Made by a program: the position numbers and the translations under genes. Below the pieces are notes generated by a model that searched no databases, was not told where the DNA came from, and worked only from the letters and a program-made list of their open reading frames with translations. Shown here piece by piece: positions 9,087 to 20,700 of a DNA stretch of 64,000 bases. Origin of the DNA: Cyanobacteriota bacterium (GTDB taxonomy: Bacteria; Cyanobacteriota; Cyanobacteriia; PCC-6307; Cyanobiaceae). Numbering within the stretch: the first letter of the stretch is position 1; each line of letters begins with the position of its first letter. Location of the stretch: the NCBI GenBank assembly GCA_046052125.1, contig JBJOMY010000001.1:32001-96000 (forward strand). Direction: 5' to 3'.

Positions 9087-10547
9087 ATGGGGATCGCCGA
9101 GTGGCGCGAGCAGCTCAAGCGCGGCGAGGTGTCCGCCCGTGAGCTCACCGATCACCACCTCAGCCGCATTGAGGCGGTTGAGCCCAGCATCAACGCCTAC
9201 ACCGAGGTCACCGCGGAGCGCGCCCGCGCCGACGCCGATCGCATCGATGCCGCCCGCGCCGCCGGTGAACCGCTGCCGCCGTTAGCGGGTGTGCCCCTGG
9301 CCATCAAGGACAACCTCTGCACCCGCGGAGTGCGCACCACCTGCTCCAGCCGCATGCTGGAGAGCTTCGTCCCGCCCTACGAATCCACCGTTACCTCCCG
9401 CCTCTGGGATGCGGGCGCGGTGTTGCTGGGCAAGACCAATCTCGATGAGTTCGCCATGGGCAGCTCCACCGAGACCTCCGTATTCGGGCCCAGTCGCAAC
9501 CCCTGGAACACCGAGAAGGTGCCCGGCGGCAGTTCCGGTGGCAGCGCCGCCGCCGTTGCCGCGGGTGAGTGCGTGGGCTCGCTCGGTTCGGATACCGGTG
9601 GCTCGATTCGCCAGCCCGCTGCCTTCTGCGGGGTGGTGGGCCTGAAACCCACCTATGGCCGCGTGAGCCGCTACGGCCTCGTGGCGTTTGCCAGCTCCCT
9701 CGATCAGGTGGGCCCGTTTGCCACCAACGTGGCCGATGCAGCCGAGCTGTTGCAGGTGATTGCCGGTGAAGATCCGCGCGATTCCACCTGTCTCAAGGCC
9801 CCCGTTCCCGACTACCGCGCCGCCCTGCAGCAACCGGTGGCGGGTCTGAAGGTGGGCATCGTGCGCGAGTGCTTCGAGGCTGAAGGCCTCGACCCCGCCG
9901 TGAAGGCCTCGGTGATGGCTGCCGCCGCTCAGCTGGAAGCTCTGGGTTGTGAGCTGGTGGAGGTGAGCTGCCCCCGCTTCAACGACGGCATCGCCACCTA
10001 CTACGTGATCGCTCCCTCGGAAGCGTCGGCCAACCTGGCTCGCTACGACGGCGTGAAATATGGCTACCGCGCCGCCGATGCGGCCAGCCTGGCGGAGATG
10101 ACCTCCCGCAGCCGCGCCGAAGGCTTCGGTGATGAGGTGAAGCGCCGCATCCTGATCGGCACCTATGCCCTCTCGGCCGGCTATGTGGATGCCTACTACA
10201 AGAAGGCCCAGCAGGTGCGCACCCTGATCCGCCGCGATTTCGATCGCGCCTTCGGAGCAGTGGATGTGCTGCTCACGCCCACGTCTCCCACAACGGCCTT
10301 CGGATTCGGCGCCCATAGCGAGGATCCCCTCGCCATGTACCTCGCTGACCTGCTCACGATCCCCGCGAACATGGCCGGCCTGCCCGCCATCAGCCTGCCC
10401 TGTGGTTTCGATTCGGCGGGCCTGCCCATCGGCGTGCAGCTGATCACCGGCGTGCTGCAGGAAGAGCGTCTGCTGCAGGTGGCCTGGAATTACGAGCAGG
10501 CGGCTCAGGTGATGGCCAAGCGTCCTGAAGCCGCTCTGGTGCCCTGA
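9087..10547 (+). CDS. gatA: Asp/Glu-tRNA amidotransferase subunit A
   Basis: Amidase signature [23 protein letters not shown] and [11 protein letters not shown]. Confidence 0.97.
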   Translation: MGIAEWREQLKRGEVSARELTDHHLSRIEAVEPSINAYTEVTAERARADADRIDAARAAGEPLPPLAGVPLAIKDNLCTRGVRTTCSSRMLESFVPPYESTVTSRLWDAGAVLLGKTNLDEFAMGSSTETSVFGPSRNPWNTEKVPGGSSGGSAAAVAAGECVGSLGSDTGGSIRQPAAFCGVVGLKPTYGRVSRYGLVAFASSLDQVGPFATNVADAAELLQVIAGEDPRDSTCLKAPVPDYRAALQQPVAGLKVGIVRECFEAEGLDPAVKASVMAAAAQLEALGCELVEVSCPRFNDGIATYYVIAPSEASANLARYDGVKYGYRAADAASLAEMTSRSRAEGFGDEVKRRILIGTYALSAGYVDAYYKKAQQVRTLIRRDFDRAFGAVDVLLTPTSPTTAFGFGAHSEDPLAMYLADLLTIPANMAGLPAISLPCGFDSAGLPIGVQLITGVLQEERLLQVAWNYEQAAQVMAKRPEAALVP

Positions 10548-10611
10548 AGACACTGCATCTGGTGTTGGCCCCTTAGCCTGGGGCCACTGCATCGCTCCGG
10601 CGCCGCCGCCT

Positions 10612-13600
10612 TTGGCTTTCGTTCCGCTCCATAACCACAGCGACTACAGCCTCCTGGATGGAGCCAGTCAGCTGCCGGCGATGGTGAAGCGGGCCGAGGA
10701 GCTGGGCATGCCCGCCCTGGCGCTCACCGATCACGGGGTGATGTACGGCGCCATCGAGCTCCTGAAGCTCTGCAAGGGCACCTCGGTGAAGCCGATCATC
10801 GGCAACGAGATGTATGTCATCAATGGCTCCCTTGATGACCCCAACCCCCCCAAGAAAGAGCGCCGCTACCACCTGGTGGTGCTGGCCAAGAACGCGGTGG
10901 GTTACCGCAACCTGGTGAAGCTCACCAGCATCAGCCACCTGCGCGGCATGCGCGGGCGCGGCATCTTTTCGCGCGCCTGCATCGATAAGCCCACCCTCGA
11001 GCGCTATAGCGAGGGCCTGATTGTGGCCACCGCCTGCCTCGGCGGTGAGATCTCTCAGGCGATTCTGCGCAACCGGCCGGATGTGGCCCGCGATGTGGCC
11101 CGCTGGTATCAGGGCGTGTTTGGCGACGACTTCTACCTGGAGATCCAGGACCACGGCTCCCCGGAAGATCGGATCGTGAACGTGGAGATGGTGCGCATCT
11201 CCCGTGAGCTCGGCATCCCGATCGTTGCTACCAACGACGCCCATTACCTCACCAGCAACGACGCCGAAGCCCACGACGCCCTGCTCTGCATCCTCACCGG
11301 CAAGCTCGTGACCGATGAGAAGCGCCTGCGCTACACGGGCACTGAATACATCAAGGGTGAAGAGGAGATGCTCGGCCTGTTTGCCGATCACCTCGAGCCC
11401 GAAGTGGTGGCTGAGGCTGTAGCCAATACCGCCCTGGTGGCAGGGAAGGTGGAGGACTACGACATCCTCGGTCGCTACCAGATGCCGCGCTTCCCGATCC
11501 CGGAGGGGCACACGCCGGTGAGCTACCTGCGCGAGGTGAGCGAGCAGGGCTTGCGTGCCCGCCTGCAGCTCGCGGAGAGCGATGCCTTCACGCCGGAGTA
11601 TGGCGAGCGGCTCAGCTTCGAGCTGCAGGTGATGGAGCAGATGGGCTTCCCCACCTACTTTCTGGTGGTGTGGGACTACATCCGCTTTGCCCGAGAGAAC
11701 GGCATCCCCGTGGGGCCCGGTCGCGGCTCGGCCGCTGGTTCGTTGGTGGCCTATGCCTTGGGGATCACCAATATCGATCCCGTCACAAACGGCTTGCTGT
11801 TCGAGCGCTTCCTCAATCCGGAACGCAAATCGATGCCGGATATTGACACCGACTTCTGCATCGAGCGCCGTGGAGAGGTGATTGACTACGTCACCCGCCG
11901 CTATGGCGAGGAGAAGGTGGCGCAGATCATCACCTTCAACCGGATGACCTCCAAGGCGGTGCTCAAGGATGTCGCCCGCGTGCTCGACATTCCCTATGGC
12001 GACGCCGACCGCCTGGCGAAGTTGATCCCAGTGGTGCGCGGTAAACCCGCCAAGCTCAAGGAGATGATCGGCGAGGAATCGCCGGCGCCTGAGTTCCGCG
12101 AGAAATATCAGAACGATCCCCAGGTGAAGCGCTGGGTGGATATGGCGATGCGCATCGAAGGCACCAACAAAACCTTCGGTGTGCACGCCGCTGGTGTGGT
12201 GATCGCCGCCGATCCCCTTGATGAAGTGGTGCCGCTGCAGCGCAATAACGACGGCCAGGTGATCACCCAATACTTCATGGAAGACGTGGAGTCGATGGGG
12301 CTCCTGAAGATGGACTTCCTGGGGCTCAAAAACCTCACCATGATCGATAAAACGATCGATCTGGTGGAGCAGAGCACCGGCCAAAAGGTGGATCCCGATG
12401 CCCTCCCCCTCGATGATCCCGGCACCTATGGCCTGCTGGCCCGCGGTGATCTCGAGGGCATCTTCCAGCTCGAATCCAGCGGCATGCGCCAGATCGTGCG
12501 CGATCTCAAACCCTCATCACTGGAAGACATTTCCTCGATCCTGGCGCTCTATCGCCCGGGTCCACTGGATGCTGGTCTGATTCCGAAGTTCATCAACCGC
12601 AAGCACGGCCGCGAAGCGATCGACTTCGCCCACACCAAGCTTGAGCCGATCCTGCAGGAGACCTACGGGATCATGGTGTACCAGGAGCAGATCATGCGCA
12701 TTGCGCAGGATCTCGCCGGTTATTCCCTCGGTGAAGCGGATCTGCTGCGCCGGGCAATGGGTAAGAAGAAGAAGAGCGAAATGGAGAAGCACCAGAGCAT
12801 CTTCGTGAATGGTGCGACTGAGCGCGGCGTCGACCCCAAGATCGCCGAGGGGTTGTTTGAGCAGATGGTGTTATTTGCCGAATACTGCTTCAACAAGAGC
12901 CATTCCACCGCCTACGGCGCGGTGACGTATCAAACCGCCTACCTCAAGGCCCACTACCCGGTGGCCTACATGGCGGCGCTGCTCACGGTGAATGCCGGTA
13001 CCACCGACAAGGTGCAGCGCTACATCTCCAACTGCAACGCCATGGGCATCGAGGTGATGCCGCCGGATGTGAATGCCTCCGGCATCGACTTCACGCCCGT
13101 AGGCGAGCGGATCCTGTTCGGTCTCTCTGCCGTGCGCAACCTCGGCGATGGCGCCATCCGCGCCCTGCTCGAGGCCCGCAGCGCTGACGGCCCCTTCCGC
13201 TCCCTGGCGGATCTGTGCGACCGGATCCCCGGCACCACCCTCAACCGCCGCTCGCTGGAATCGCTGATTCACTGCGGTGCCCTCGATGCGCTCGAGCCCC
13301 AGGCCAACCGCGCGCAGCTGATGGCCGATCTCGATCTGATCGTGGATTGGGCTGCTTCCCGCGCTCGCGATCGCGCCAGCGGTCAGGGCAATCTGTTCGA
13401 CCTACTCGGCGGCGCTGCTAGCGATAGCGCTGCGGCCGAAGCCGGCAGTGGTGATCTCAGCACGGCACCCAAGGCCGCGCCTGTGCCTGATTACCCGCCA
13501 ACTGAGAAGTTGCGCCTGGAGAAGGAGCTCGTGGGCTTCTATCTCTCCGACCACCCGCTCAAGCAGCTCACCCGGCCGGTGCAGCTGCTCTCACCGGTGG

Positions 13601-14148
13601 GCTTGGGCAGTCTTGAGGAGCAGGCCGATAAGGCGCGCGTCAGCGTGGTGGGCATGGTGTCGGCTCTTCGGCCGGTGACCACCCGCAAGGGCGACCGGAT
13701 GGCCGTGTTGCAACTGGAAGATCTCAGCGGCAGCTGCGAGGCGGTGGTCTTCCCGAAGACCTACGCCCGCCTCGCCGATTTCCTGATGGTGGATGCGCGG
13801 CTGTTGATCTGGGCCTCGGTGGATCGCCGCGATGAGCAGGTGCAGCTGATCGTGGATGACTGCCGTGTGATCGACGAGCTCAAAGTGCTGGTGGTGGAAC
13901 TCCAAGGCGAAGAGGCCAGCGATATCGCCGTGCAGCACAAGCTGCGCGAATGCCTCAACCAACACCGCACCGAAAAGGATGAGGCGGGCGTGCGGGTGCC
14001 CGTGGTGGCGATGGTGCGCCTCCAGGAGCAGACCCGCTTCGTGCGCCTGGGTCACCAGTTCTGCGTGCGCGACAGCGAGGCTGCGCTCAGCAGCCTCACG
14101 GCCCAGGCCTTCCGCGCTCGCCTCAGCTCGCCGCTGGTGGCCGCTTGA
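10612..14148 (+). CDS. dnaE: DNA polymerase III alpha subunit (contiguous, no intein)
   Basis: PHP motif [25 protein letters not shown] and uninterrupted EYCFNKSH. Confidence 0.98.
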   Translation: MAFVPLHNHSDYSLLDGASQLPAMVKRAEELGMPALALTDHGVMYGAIELLKLCKGTSVKPIIGNEMYVINGSLDDPNPPKKERRYHLVVLAKNAVGYRNLVKLTSISHLRGMRGRGIFSRACIDKPTLERYSEGLIVATACLGGEISQAILRNRPDVARDVARWYQGVFGDDFYLEIQDHGSPEDRIVNVEMVRISRELGIPIVATNDAHYLTSNDAEAHDALLCILTGKLVTDEKRLRYTGTEYIKGEEEMLGLFADHLEPEVVAEAVANTALVAGKVEDYDILGRYQMPRFPIPEGHTPVSYLREVSEQGLRARLQLAESDAFTPEYGERLSFELQVMEQMGFPTYFLVVWDYIRFARENGIPVGPGRGSAAGSLVAYALGITNIDPVTNGLLFERFLNPERKSMPDIDTDFCIERRGEVIDYVTRRYGEEKVAQIITFNRMTSKAVLKDVARVLDIPYGDADRLAKLIPVVRGKPAKLKEMIGEESPAPEFREKYQNDPQVKRWVDMAMRIEGTNKTFGVHAAGVVIAADPLDEVVPLQRNNDGQVITQYFMEDVESMGLLKMDFLGLKNLTMIDKTIDLVEQSTGQKVDPDALPLDDPGTYGLLARGDLEGIFQLESSGMRQIVRDLKPSSLEDISSILALYRPGPLDAGLIPKFINRKHGREAIDFAHTKLEPILQETYGIMVYQEQIMRIAQDLAGYSLGEADLLRRAMGKKKKSEMEKHQSIFVNGATERGVDPKIAEGLFEQMVLFAEYCFNKSHSTAYGAVTYQTAYLKAHYPVAYMAALLTVNAGTTDKVQRYISNCNAMGIEVMPPDVNASGIDFTPVGERILFGLSAVRNLGDGAIRALLEARSADGPFRSLADLCDRIPGTTLNRRSLESLIHCGALDALEPQANRAQLMADLDLIVDWAASRARDRASGQGNLFDLLGGAASDSAAAEAGSGDLSTAPKAAPVPDYPPTEKLRLEKELVGFYLSDHPLKQLTRPVQLLSPVGLGSLEEQADKARVSVVGMVSALRPVTTRKGDRMAVLQLEDLSGSCEAVVFPKTYARLADFLMVDARLLIWASVDRRDEQVQLIVDDCRVIDELKVLVVELQGEEASDIAVQHKLRECLNQHRTEKDEAGVRVPVVAMVRLQEQTRFVRLGHQFCVRDSEAALSSLTAQAFRARLSSPLVAA

Positions 14149-14554
14149 TCGAACTGCGCAGGCGGCCGATGTTCAGCCCGATCTGCTCCAGCCCCAGCAG
14201 GCTGCCGGCGCTCGGTTCCCAACTGGCGGACAGCACGCCGTAGCTCAGCCCCAGCAGGCCCAGCAGGAAAAAGCCCCCTGAGGTCAGCAATGTGACACCA
14301 GGGGGAATATCCATCAAACCTTTGCTCACCAGCAGATAACTGCCGATGAAGCTGCCCATGCCCAACACGGTTGGCGTGCCGGTGGCGATGGCCACGCGGC
14401 GTGCCATCCGATTGGCCACGTAGCTGGGAATGGTTTGGGTTCGGCCGGGGGAACTCTTGCTACTGGGTTTTGCAGGAGCACTCGGACTGATGCCTCGAGG
14501 TGCTGCATCACCGCTGCCCGCAGGGCGGGAGCGGTTCTTCCCCTTGCCTGCCAT
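14123..14554 (-). CDS. pam68: PAM68 / DUF3464 PSII assembly factor
   Basis: IP.YVANRM.RR motif, two TM helices, [10 protein letters not shown] and GSLLG; adjacent to rpsO. Confidence 0.9.
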   Translation of the reverse strand: MAGKGKNRSRPAGSGDAAPRGISPSAPAKPSSKSSPGRTQTIPSYVANRMARRVAIATGTPTVLGMGSFIGSYLLVSKGLMDIPPGVTLLTSGGFFLLGLLGLSYGVLSASWEPSAGSLLGLEQIGLNIGRLRSSIKRPPAAS

Positions 14555-14556
14555 CG

Positions 14557-14826
14557 TCAGCCGCGGATGCCGAGCTTCTGAATCAGGGTGGCGTAGCGCT
14601 GCTCGCTGTTGCTGCGCAGGTAGCTCAGCAGGCGCTTGCGGCGGCCGATCATCTTCAGCAGACCCTGCCGTGAAGAAAAGTCGTGGATGTTGTTCTGCAG
14701 GTGTCCGCTCAACTTGCTGATGCGCTCGCTCAGCATGGCCACCTGAACCTCAACAGAACCGGTGTCGGTGCCGTGGGTCTGATGAGTGTTGATCAGTTCT
14801 TGCTTCTTGGTGGTGTCGAGCGACAT
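14557..14826 (-). CDS. rpsO: 30S ribosomal protein S15
   Basis: [10 protein letters not shown] and [20 protein letters not shown], 89 aa. Confidence 0.98.
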   Translation of the reverse strand: MSLDTTKKQELINTHQTHGTDTGSVEVQVAMLSERISKLSGHLQNNIHDFSSRQGLLKMIGRRKRLLSYLRSNSEQRYATLIQKLGIRG

Positions 14827-14885
14827 GCGCGGCGTCTGGCCCTGACGGTGCAAACAACCAACTTACCGCCTCGTGGTCACCTGCT

Positions 14886-15548
14886 TCAGGCGGCCTGACT
14901 GCGTGACAGCCAGCGCAGGCTTTCCCTCAGCCAGTCATCGGCTTGCCCGTCCTCCAGACCCGGCAGCCCCGCGACCGCCCGCAAGGCCCGGTTGATCTCC
15001 AGCGCTTCGTAGCCCAGGGCCGTGAGAGTGAGGCTTACCTCCTGACGGACATCGGCCGGCAGTTCCGCCTGATCGCTGCTGCCCTCCAGCGCCCGGTCGG
15101 CACGGTCGATCGGATCTAGGGCGCTGGCGTAGCGCTCCTGCAGGCGCGTTCGCAGTTCGACCGCCAGCCGTTCAGCGGTGCGTTTGCCCACGCCCGGCGC
15201 TTGAGAGAGCAAGCGCAGATCGGCCTGCACGATGGCCCGCACCAGCTCTTCACAGCTCAGTTGCCCCAGAAGCCCCAGGGCCATCTGCGGACCCACACCG
15301 CTCACGGCCACCAGCTCCCGGAACAGATCCCGTTCGGCCCGGCTGGCAAATCCGTAGAGCGTCCAGCCGTCGTCGCGGATCACCTGGTGGATGTGCAGCG
15401 TCAGGGCGCTGCCGCTCTCCCCCAGGCGCTCCCATTGCCGCCTGGGCACCTGCACCTCGTAACCCACCCCGTTGCACACCAGCAGCAGCCCGCAGCGGTT
15501 GGTGTGTTGCCAGCGCTCGGCGAGTTGCCCTTGCAGCCAGCCGATCAT
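14886..15548 (-). CDS. ruvA: Holliday junction branch migration protein RuvA
   Basis: Starts MIGWLQG; GVGYEV, LYGF, and HhH motifs VSGVGP and PGVGKRTAERL. Confidence 0.96.
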   Translation of the reverse strand: MIGWLQGQLAERWQHTNRCGLLLVCNGVGYEVQVPRRQWERLGESGSALTLHIHQVIRDDGWTLYGFASRAERDLFRELVAVSGVGPQMALGLLGQLSCEELVRAIVQADLRLLSQAPGVGKRTAERLAVELRTRLQERYASALDPIDRADRALEGSSDQAELPADVRQEVSLTLTALGYEALEINRALRAVAGLPGLEDGQADDWLRESLRWLSRSQAA

Positions 15549-15570
15549 GGGGACACTTTCATTGCCACCC

Positions 15571-16038
15571 ATGCTGCCCGGTCCGACAACCCCGTTCTTG
15601 TCGTTGCAGCCGTTGCGTCGGGTTCTGGCGCTGGTGCTCTGTCTGCTGCTGAGCTTCGGCCTCAGTGCCTGCGCTGGCGGGCAGCCCTCGCAGAAAGTGC
15701 TGCTCTCGGCCCTGGCCCTGCAGATCGATCTCACGCAGCGCTCCATCGCCGACGCGCTCAACCTCTCCAGTGCCGATGGCAAACCCCAGGTGAGCCGGGT
15801 TCGGGTGGAGTCGCAGCAGGCGATGGCGATCGGCGGCAGCAAGGGCCTGCATCTCACCGGCCGTTTCGACTGGCGCCTTCCCGGAGATCCGATCCGTGTG
15901 GACAGTGCCTTTGATCTGTATCTGCAACGGGGTGAGCGGGGCCAGAGCTGGCGGCTGGCGCGCCCCAGCGGCAGCAGCGATGGCGCCAATCAGGATTGGC
16001 TGATCGATCCGCTGCCCCTCAAGGGCGAGAGCGCCTGA
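15571..16038 (+). CDS. Hypothetical lipoprotein
   Basis: Hydrophobic signal ending in lipobox LSAC; conserved-looking FDLYLQRGERGQSWRLA. Confidence 0.75.
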   Translation: MLPGPTTPFLSLQPLRRVLALVLCLLLSFGLSACAGGQPSQKVLLSALALQIDLTQRSIADALNLSSADGKPQVSRVRVESQQAMAIGGSKGLHLTGRFDWRLPGDPIRVDSAFDLYLQRGERGQSWRLARPSGSSDGANQDWLIDPLPLKGESA

Positions 16039-16918
16039 GGCTGAGCAGCGTGGCAGCCAACACCAGCGCTGCAGCCAGGGCGGTATCGGGATCGAGCGAT
16101 TCCCGGAAGAACAGCCATCCCCACAGGGCTGCCAGCGGCACCTGCCCGTAGCTGAGGGCCGTCGCCCGTGCCGCTGGCATGCCCAGCAGGCCATTGGTCA
16201 CCCCCAGCTGGCCGAGCTGGGTGAACAGGCCAACGCCCACCAAAGCCAGGGCCTCCCAGGCCGTGGGCCACACCGGTTGCAGTGCCACCAGCGGGGCTGT
16301 GAGCACGAGCCCCACCAGCGGGAAATAGAACACGATCACCAGGGGGTGCTCAGTGCGCCCCAGGGCGCGAACGCTCACATAGGCGCAGGCTGAGAGCACG
16401 GCTCCGCCGATGGCCAGCAGCACCCCCTGTAGGGGTAGAGGCCTGGCTTCCGTGCCTAGCAGCAACTTGGCTAGAGGCCCCAGCAGGCCCGCCAGTTCGC
16501 TGGGATTGCTGAGCACTACCACCGCCAGCCACCCCAGCAGGGCCGCCAGCAGAATCCGCGGCCCGATCCGCTCGCGCAGCAGCCACCAGGCCAGCAGCGC
16601 TGTGACTGTGGGCTGCAGATACTGCAGCACCGTGGCAGCCGTGAGCGGCAGCTGCGCCAGGGCCGCGAACACGCACAGCAGGGCGCCGGTGCCGATCACC
16701 CCGCGCAGCACCAGCAGCCCCCGCCGTTGACCCCAGGGATTCAGCTCCGCCTGGCGCAGCATCACGATGCTCAGCAGCAGGCTCACGGCGGAACGGGCGA
16801 GCACCACCTCCGCCACCGGGATCCGGCCGCCCACCGCCTTCACGCACACGCCCATCAGGCTGAAACTGGCAGCGCTGGACAGCATCCACAGGGCAGCCCT
16901 GCCATCCTGAAGCCGCAT
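16019..16918 (-). CDS. DMT/EamA family transporter
   Basis: About 10 hydrophobic segments in two EamA-like halves. Start placed at ATG 16918 to avoid overlapping dnaG. Confidence 0.88.
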   Translation of the reverse strand: MRLQDGRAALWMLSSAASFSLMGVCVKAVGGRIPVAEVVLARSAVSLLLSIVMLRQAELNPWGQRRGLLVLRGVIGTGALLCVFAALAQLPLTAATVLQYLQPTVTALLAWWLLRERIGPRILLAALLGWLAVVVLSNPSELAGLLGPLAKLLLGTEARPLPLQGVLLAIGGAVLSACAYVSVRALGRTEHPLVIVFYFPLVGLVLTAPLVALQPVWPTAWEALALVGVGLFTQLGQLGVTNGLLGMPAARATALSYGQVPLAALWGWLFFRESLDPDTALAAALVLAATLLSLRRSRP

Positions 16919-16931
16919 CCGTGCGCGCAGC

Positions 16932-19067
16932 GTGTCCGCTCCTCGCCTCCACCCCCGCACGATCGAGGCCGTCAAGGAACGCGCTGACATCGTTGATGTG
17001 GTGGGTGAGCACGTGGTGCTCAAGAAGAAAGGCCGGGAATTCGTCGGCGTCTGTCCTTTCCACGACGACAAATCGCCGTCGATGACGGTGTCGCCAGCCA
17101 AGCAGTTCTACTACTGCTTCTCCTGCGGGGCCGGTGGCAACGCGATCAAGTTCCTGATGGAACTGCAGCGCCAGAGTTTCAGCGATGTGGTGCTGGAGCT
17201 GGCGCGCAAATACCAGCTGCCGGTGGAAACCCTCGAGGGCCCCCAGCAGGAGCGCCTGCGCCAGCAGCTCTCACGCCGCGATCAGCTCCACAAGGCCCTC
17301 TCCCTGGCGGCCGGCTGGTTCCGCAGCCAGCTGCGCAGCCCGGAGGGCGCCGGTGCCCTGGCCTATCTGCGCGAGCAGCGGGGCCTGAGCGAAACCACGC
17401 TCGAGAGCTTCGGCCTTGGCTATGCGCCGGAGCGCTGGGATGGGCTGCTCAACCATCTGCAGCAGGTGGAGGGGCTCTCGCCGGAGCTGCTGGAGGCGGC
17501 CGGCCTGGTGGTGCCGCGGCGCGGCGGCGATGGCTTCTACGACCGCTTCCGGCACCGGGTGATGGTGCCGATCTGCGATCGCCAGGGCCGGATCATCGGC
17601 TTCGGCGGCCGCAGCCTGGATGGTGGCGAGCCCAAATATCTCAACTCTCCGGAAACGGAGGTGTTTGAGAAGGGCAAGCACCTGTTCGGCCTCGACAAAG
17701 CGGTGAACGCCATCCGCAAGGACGACCGGGCGGTGGTGGTGGAGGGCTACTTCGATGTGATCGCGCTGCACGCCGCCGGCATCACCAATGCGGTGGCGGC
17801 CCTGGGCACCGCCCTTAGCAGCCAGCAGATCACTCAGCTCTGCCGCTGCTGCGATGGCAAGCGCCTGATCCTCAACTTCGACACCGACGGCGCCGGTGTG
17901 CGGGCCGCCCAGCGGGCCATTGGTGAGGTGGAGCAGCTGGCGCTGCAGGGCCAGCTGGAGCTGCGGGTGCTGCACCTGCCCGCCGGTAAGGACCCGGATG
18001 AATTTCTCAAGGAGCACGGCGCCGGCGAGTACCGCTCCTTGCTGGATCAGGCGCCGCTCTGGCTCGACTGGCAGATCGATCAGGTGTTGGAGGGCCGTGA
18101 CCTGGCCCGCTCTGATCAGTTCCAGCAGTCGGTGAGTGAGCTGGTGGTGTTGCTGGGCAAGCTGCCCGCCAGTGCCGTCCGCTCCCGCTACCTGCAGCAG
18201 GTGGCCGAGCGGCTCAGTGGTGGTCAGGCGCGGCTGGCTCTGCAACTGGAAGACGACCTGCGTCAGCAGGTGAAGGGTCAGCGCTGGCATGGCCGCTCCC
18301 AGCGCTGGGAGCAGCCCGGTGAGGCGGGGTTGCGGGAGCGGGCTGAGGCGGAGCTGCTGCGGCTGTATCTGCATTGCCCGAGCCACCGGGGCTCCATTCG
18401 CGCTGAGTTGCGCCGCCGCGAGCTCGATGATTTCGCCATCGCCCATCACCGCCAGCTCTGGGCGGCAATCAGCTCCCTGGAGGAAGACAACCTCGGGGTG
18501 GGCCGGCTCGAGGCGATTAATCGCGGTGTTGATCCCGGCGCGGAACTGGCGGATCTCGATCTGCCGCGGCTGCTCTCCGATCAGCTGCTGCTCAGCGACA
18601 GCGAGGCTCCATCGGATCTGCCCACCCGGCTCACGCCCCTGCTTGAGCCCTCCGAGGTGCAGCGCCTGGCCCTGGCTAATCCGCTGCTACAGCTGCGCGG
18701 CACCACCGCGGCCCTGGAGCGGCAGCGCAGCCTTAAGCGTTGTCGCCATCTGCTCAATGCCTGGAGTGCCCAGCGGCTGGAAACCCTGGAGCGTTGCATT
18801 GCGCGTTTGTTGGAGGAGGGCCGCAGCGCTCCGCCCGAGCCACCCGAATCGGCATTGCCTCAGCCGGCCGCGCTCGATATGGAAACGCGCATTGATGCGA
18901 TGTTCGCTGACCTCAACAGCGACGCGTTGCGTTTTCAGGAGCTGTACTACAACGAACGGCAGCACATCGCCTTTCTTGATGAGCAGCGGCGCGCTGGATT
19001 TGATGAGCTAGTAGGCCCGAGTCCGGCCTCCGATCAGGCCACGCTCGCTGCTCAATCCAGCGGTTGA
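16932..19067 (+). CDS. dnaG: DNA primase
   Basis: CHC2 zinc finger CPFH...CFSC, KYLNSPET, Toprim EGYFDV and FD.D.AG. Confidence 0.97.
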   Translation: MSAPRLHPRTIEAVKERADIVDVVGEHVVLKKKGREFVGVCPFHDDKSPSMTVSPAKQFYYCFSCGAGGNAIKFLMELQRQSFSDVVLELARKYQLPVETLEGPQQERLRQQLSRRDQLHKALSLAAGWFRSQLRSPEGAGALAYLREQRGLSETTLESFGLGYAPERWDGLLNHLQQVEGLSPELLEAAGLVVPRRGGDGFYDRFRHRVMVPICDRQGRIIGFGGRSLDGGEPKYLNSPETEVFEKGKHLFGLDKAVNAIRKDDRAVVVEGYFDVIALHAAGITNAVAALGTALSSQQITQLCRCCDGKRLILNFDTDGAGVRAAQRAIGEVEQLALQGQLELRVLHLPAGKDPDEFLKEHGAGEYRSLLDQAPLWLDWQIDQVLEGRDLARSDQFQQSVSELVVLLGKLPASAVRSRYLQQVAERLSGGQARLALQLEDDLRQQVKGQRWHGRSQRWEQPGEAGLRERAEAELLRLYLHCPSHRGSIRAELRRRELDDFAIAHHRQLWAAISSLEEDNLGVGRLEAINRGVDPGAELADLDLPRLLSDQLLLSDSEAPSDLPTRLTPLLEPSEVQRLALANPLLQLRGTTAALERQRSLKRCRHLLNAWSAQRLETLERCIARLLEEGRSAPPEPPESALPQPAALDMETRIDAMFADLNSDALRFQELYYNERQHIAFLDEQRRAGFDELVGPSPASDQATLAAQSSG

Positions 19068-19118
19068 TGGGACACTGTTTTTCAGCGTTTCCGTGCGTTT
19101 CCGATGCGATTGACCTCC

Positions 19119-19403
19119 ATGGATCCGTCTGTGGCCTTGTTCGCGCTGGGATCGAGCCTGCTGCTCGGCGCCTCGGTGATGCCTCAGAGCGCCGGCGCCA
19201 ACATGATGGAGCAGATCATCACCAGCAAGTGCGCTGAGGCGATGCAGGCCGACTTCCAGAAGGCCGGCAAAACACCGCCTGCCGGCATGGTGGAGTCCAC
19301 TTGCAGCTGCGTGTCCAACGGCATGCTCAAGAAGCGTCAGAGCCTCGAGCAAGCCAAGAGCCTCTGCGTGAAGCAAGCCACTGCTCAGTACGGCCAGCCC
19401 TGA
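19119..19403 (+). CDS. Small secreted 4-Cys hypothetical protein
   Basis: Signal peptide ending AGA; C...CSC...C pattern. Confidence 0.7.
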   Translation: MDPSVALFALGSSLLLGASVMPQSAGANMMEQIITSKCAEAMQADFQKAGKTPPAGMVESTCSCVSNGMLKKRQSLEQAKSLCVKQATAQYGQP

Positions 19404-19422
19404 TGGGTTGGTCTTCACCCCG

Positions 19423-20700
19423 TTAGCGGGCCCAAGCGGTGGGCAGATCCCCCAGTCGGGTCGTGGCGGCTCGTGACAGTTGCCCGCGCCGCATCATCCA
19501 GCTGGGCTGAAGCCCGCAGGCGGCCCATTGCACTGTGCCGCTGCCGTAACGGCGATTGAGTTGATCAATGTTGTGCAACAGCGTCTCGCGGCGTTGCTGC
19601 TGTTCATCGCTGAGGGGCGCTAGCAGGTGGTGCTGCAGCTGCTCCTCCCCTTGCAGCTCCTGCAGCAGCACACCCGCCTTGGCGAAGGGTTTGTGGGGTT
19701 TGTAGATCAGCGCCACCAGGGGCAGGGCCGCCCGCAGCAGCACGGCGGTGTCGTTGCTGGCCAGGGGCAGGGCGGCGCTGGCGGCCTGGCTGTAAAACCC
19801 CGGGCTGAAGGGACTGGTGCGGGCGAACACCGTGAGCCGTCCGCTCCGCTGCCGCTGGCGCCGCAGTTTCTCGGCCGCCCGCACCACATAGCTGGCCACC
19901 GCCTGGCGCAGTTCCAGCTCATCGCTGATCGTTCGACTGAAGCTGCGGCTCACGCAGGTTTCCCGTTTGGCGCTGGGGCCTTCTTCCAGGGGCAGGCAGC
20001 TCACCCCCTGCAATTCCAGCTGCAGCCGCAGACCCACCACGCCGGCCTTGGCTCGCAGTTCGCCGCTGGCCATGTCGCGCAGTTGGCGGGCATTGCTGAT
20101 GCCCCGCAGCCGGCACCAGCGGCTCAGCTGGCGCCCCACACCCCAGAGCTCCTCCACCGGGGTCTGCTCCAGCCACGGGTCGTGGCTGGGTTCAAGGCCC
20201 AGGTCGAACACGCCGGCGTGGCGGTGGTCGCCCTTGGCGATCCGGTTGGCGAGCTTGGCCAGCACTTTGCTGGGGGCCAGGCCGATGGCGATCGGGATCC
20301 CCAGGTTGTGGCGAATGCGGCTGCGCAGCTCCGTGGCCCAGCGGCGCAGCTCCCCTTGCCGTGGTCGGGGCAGCCGGGCGAAGGCCTCATCGATCGAATA
20401 CACCTCCAGCTCGGCCACGAACGGTTCGAGGCTGCTCATCAGCCGCTGGCTCATGTCGCCGTAGAGGGCGTAGTTGGAGCTGCGCACCACCACGCCATGG
20501 CGCGCCAGCTGCTCGGCGATCTGGAAGTAGGGCTTGCCCATGCCGATGCCCAGGCTGCGCGCCTCGCTGCTGCGGCTCACCACGCAGCCATCGTTGTTGG
20601 AGAGCACCACCACGGGCCGGCCGATCAGGGCTGGATCGAAGGCCTGCTCGCAGGAGGCATAGAAGTTGTTGGCATCGATCAGCGCCAGCGCATCAGCCAT
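19423..20700 (-). CDS. umuC: Y-family DNA polymerase V catalytic subunit
   Basis: DANNFYASCE, SNNDGC, YSIDE, and C-terminal W.MRR..LS...TT. Confidence 0.95.
   Translation of the reverse strand: MADALALIDANNFYASCEQAFDPALIGRPVVVLSNNDGCVVSRSSEARSLGIGMGKPYFQIAEQLARHGVVVRSSNYALYGDMSQRLMSSLEPFVAELEVYSIDEAFARLPRPRQGELRRWATELRSRIRHNLGIPIAIGLAPSKVLAKLANRIAKGDHRHAGVFDLGLEPSHDPWLEQTPVEELWGVGRQLSRWCRLRGISNARQLRDMASGELRAKAGVVGLRLQLELQGVSCLPLEEGPSAKRETCVSRSFSRTISDELELRQAVASYVVRAAEKLRRQRQRSGRLTVFARTSPFSPGFYSQAASAALPLASNDTAVLLRAALPLVALIYKPHKPFAKAGVLLQELQGEEQLQHHLLAPLSDEQQQRRETLLHNIDQLNRRYGSGTVQWAACGLQPSWMMRRGQLSRAATTRLGDLPTAWAR

Noticed and set aside
12875..12910. Split DnaE intein site typical of many cyanobacteria
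   Set aside because: EYCFNKSHS is contiguous, so there is no intein or split gene here.
14886..15989. Long N-terminal extensions in the ORF track for ruvA (also EamA, pentapeptide, lspA, bioY, glnA, devB)
   Set aside because: Artefacts of taking the most upstream start. Recognisable N-termini begin downstream, and the extensions overlap neighbouring genes or promoters.
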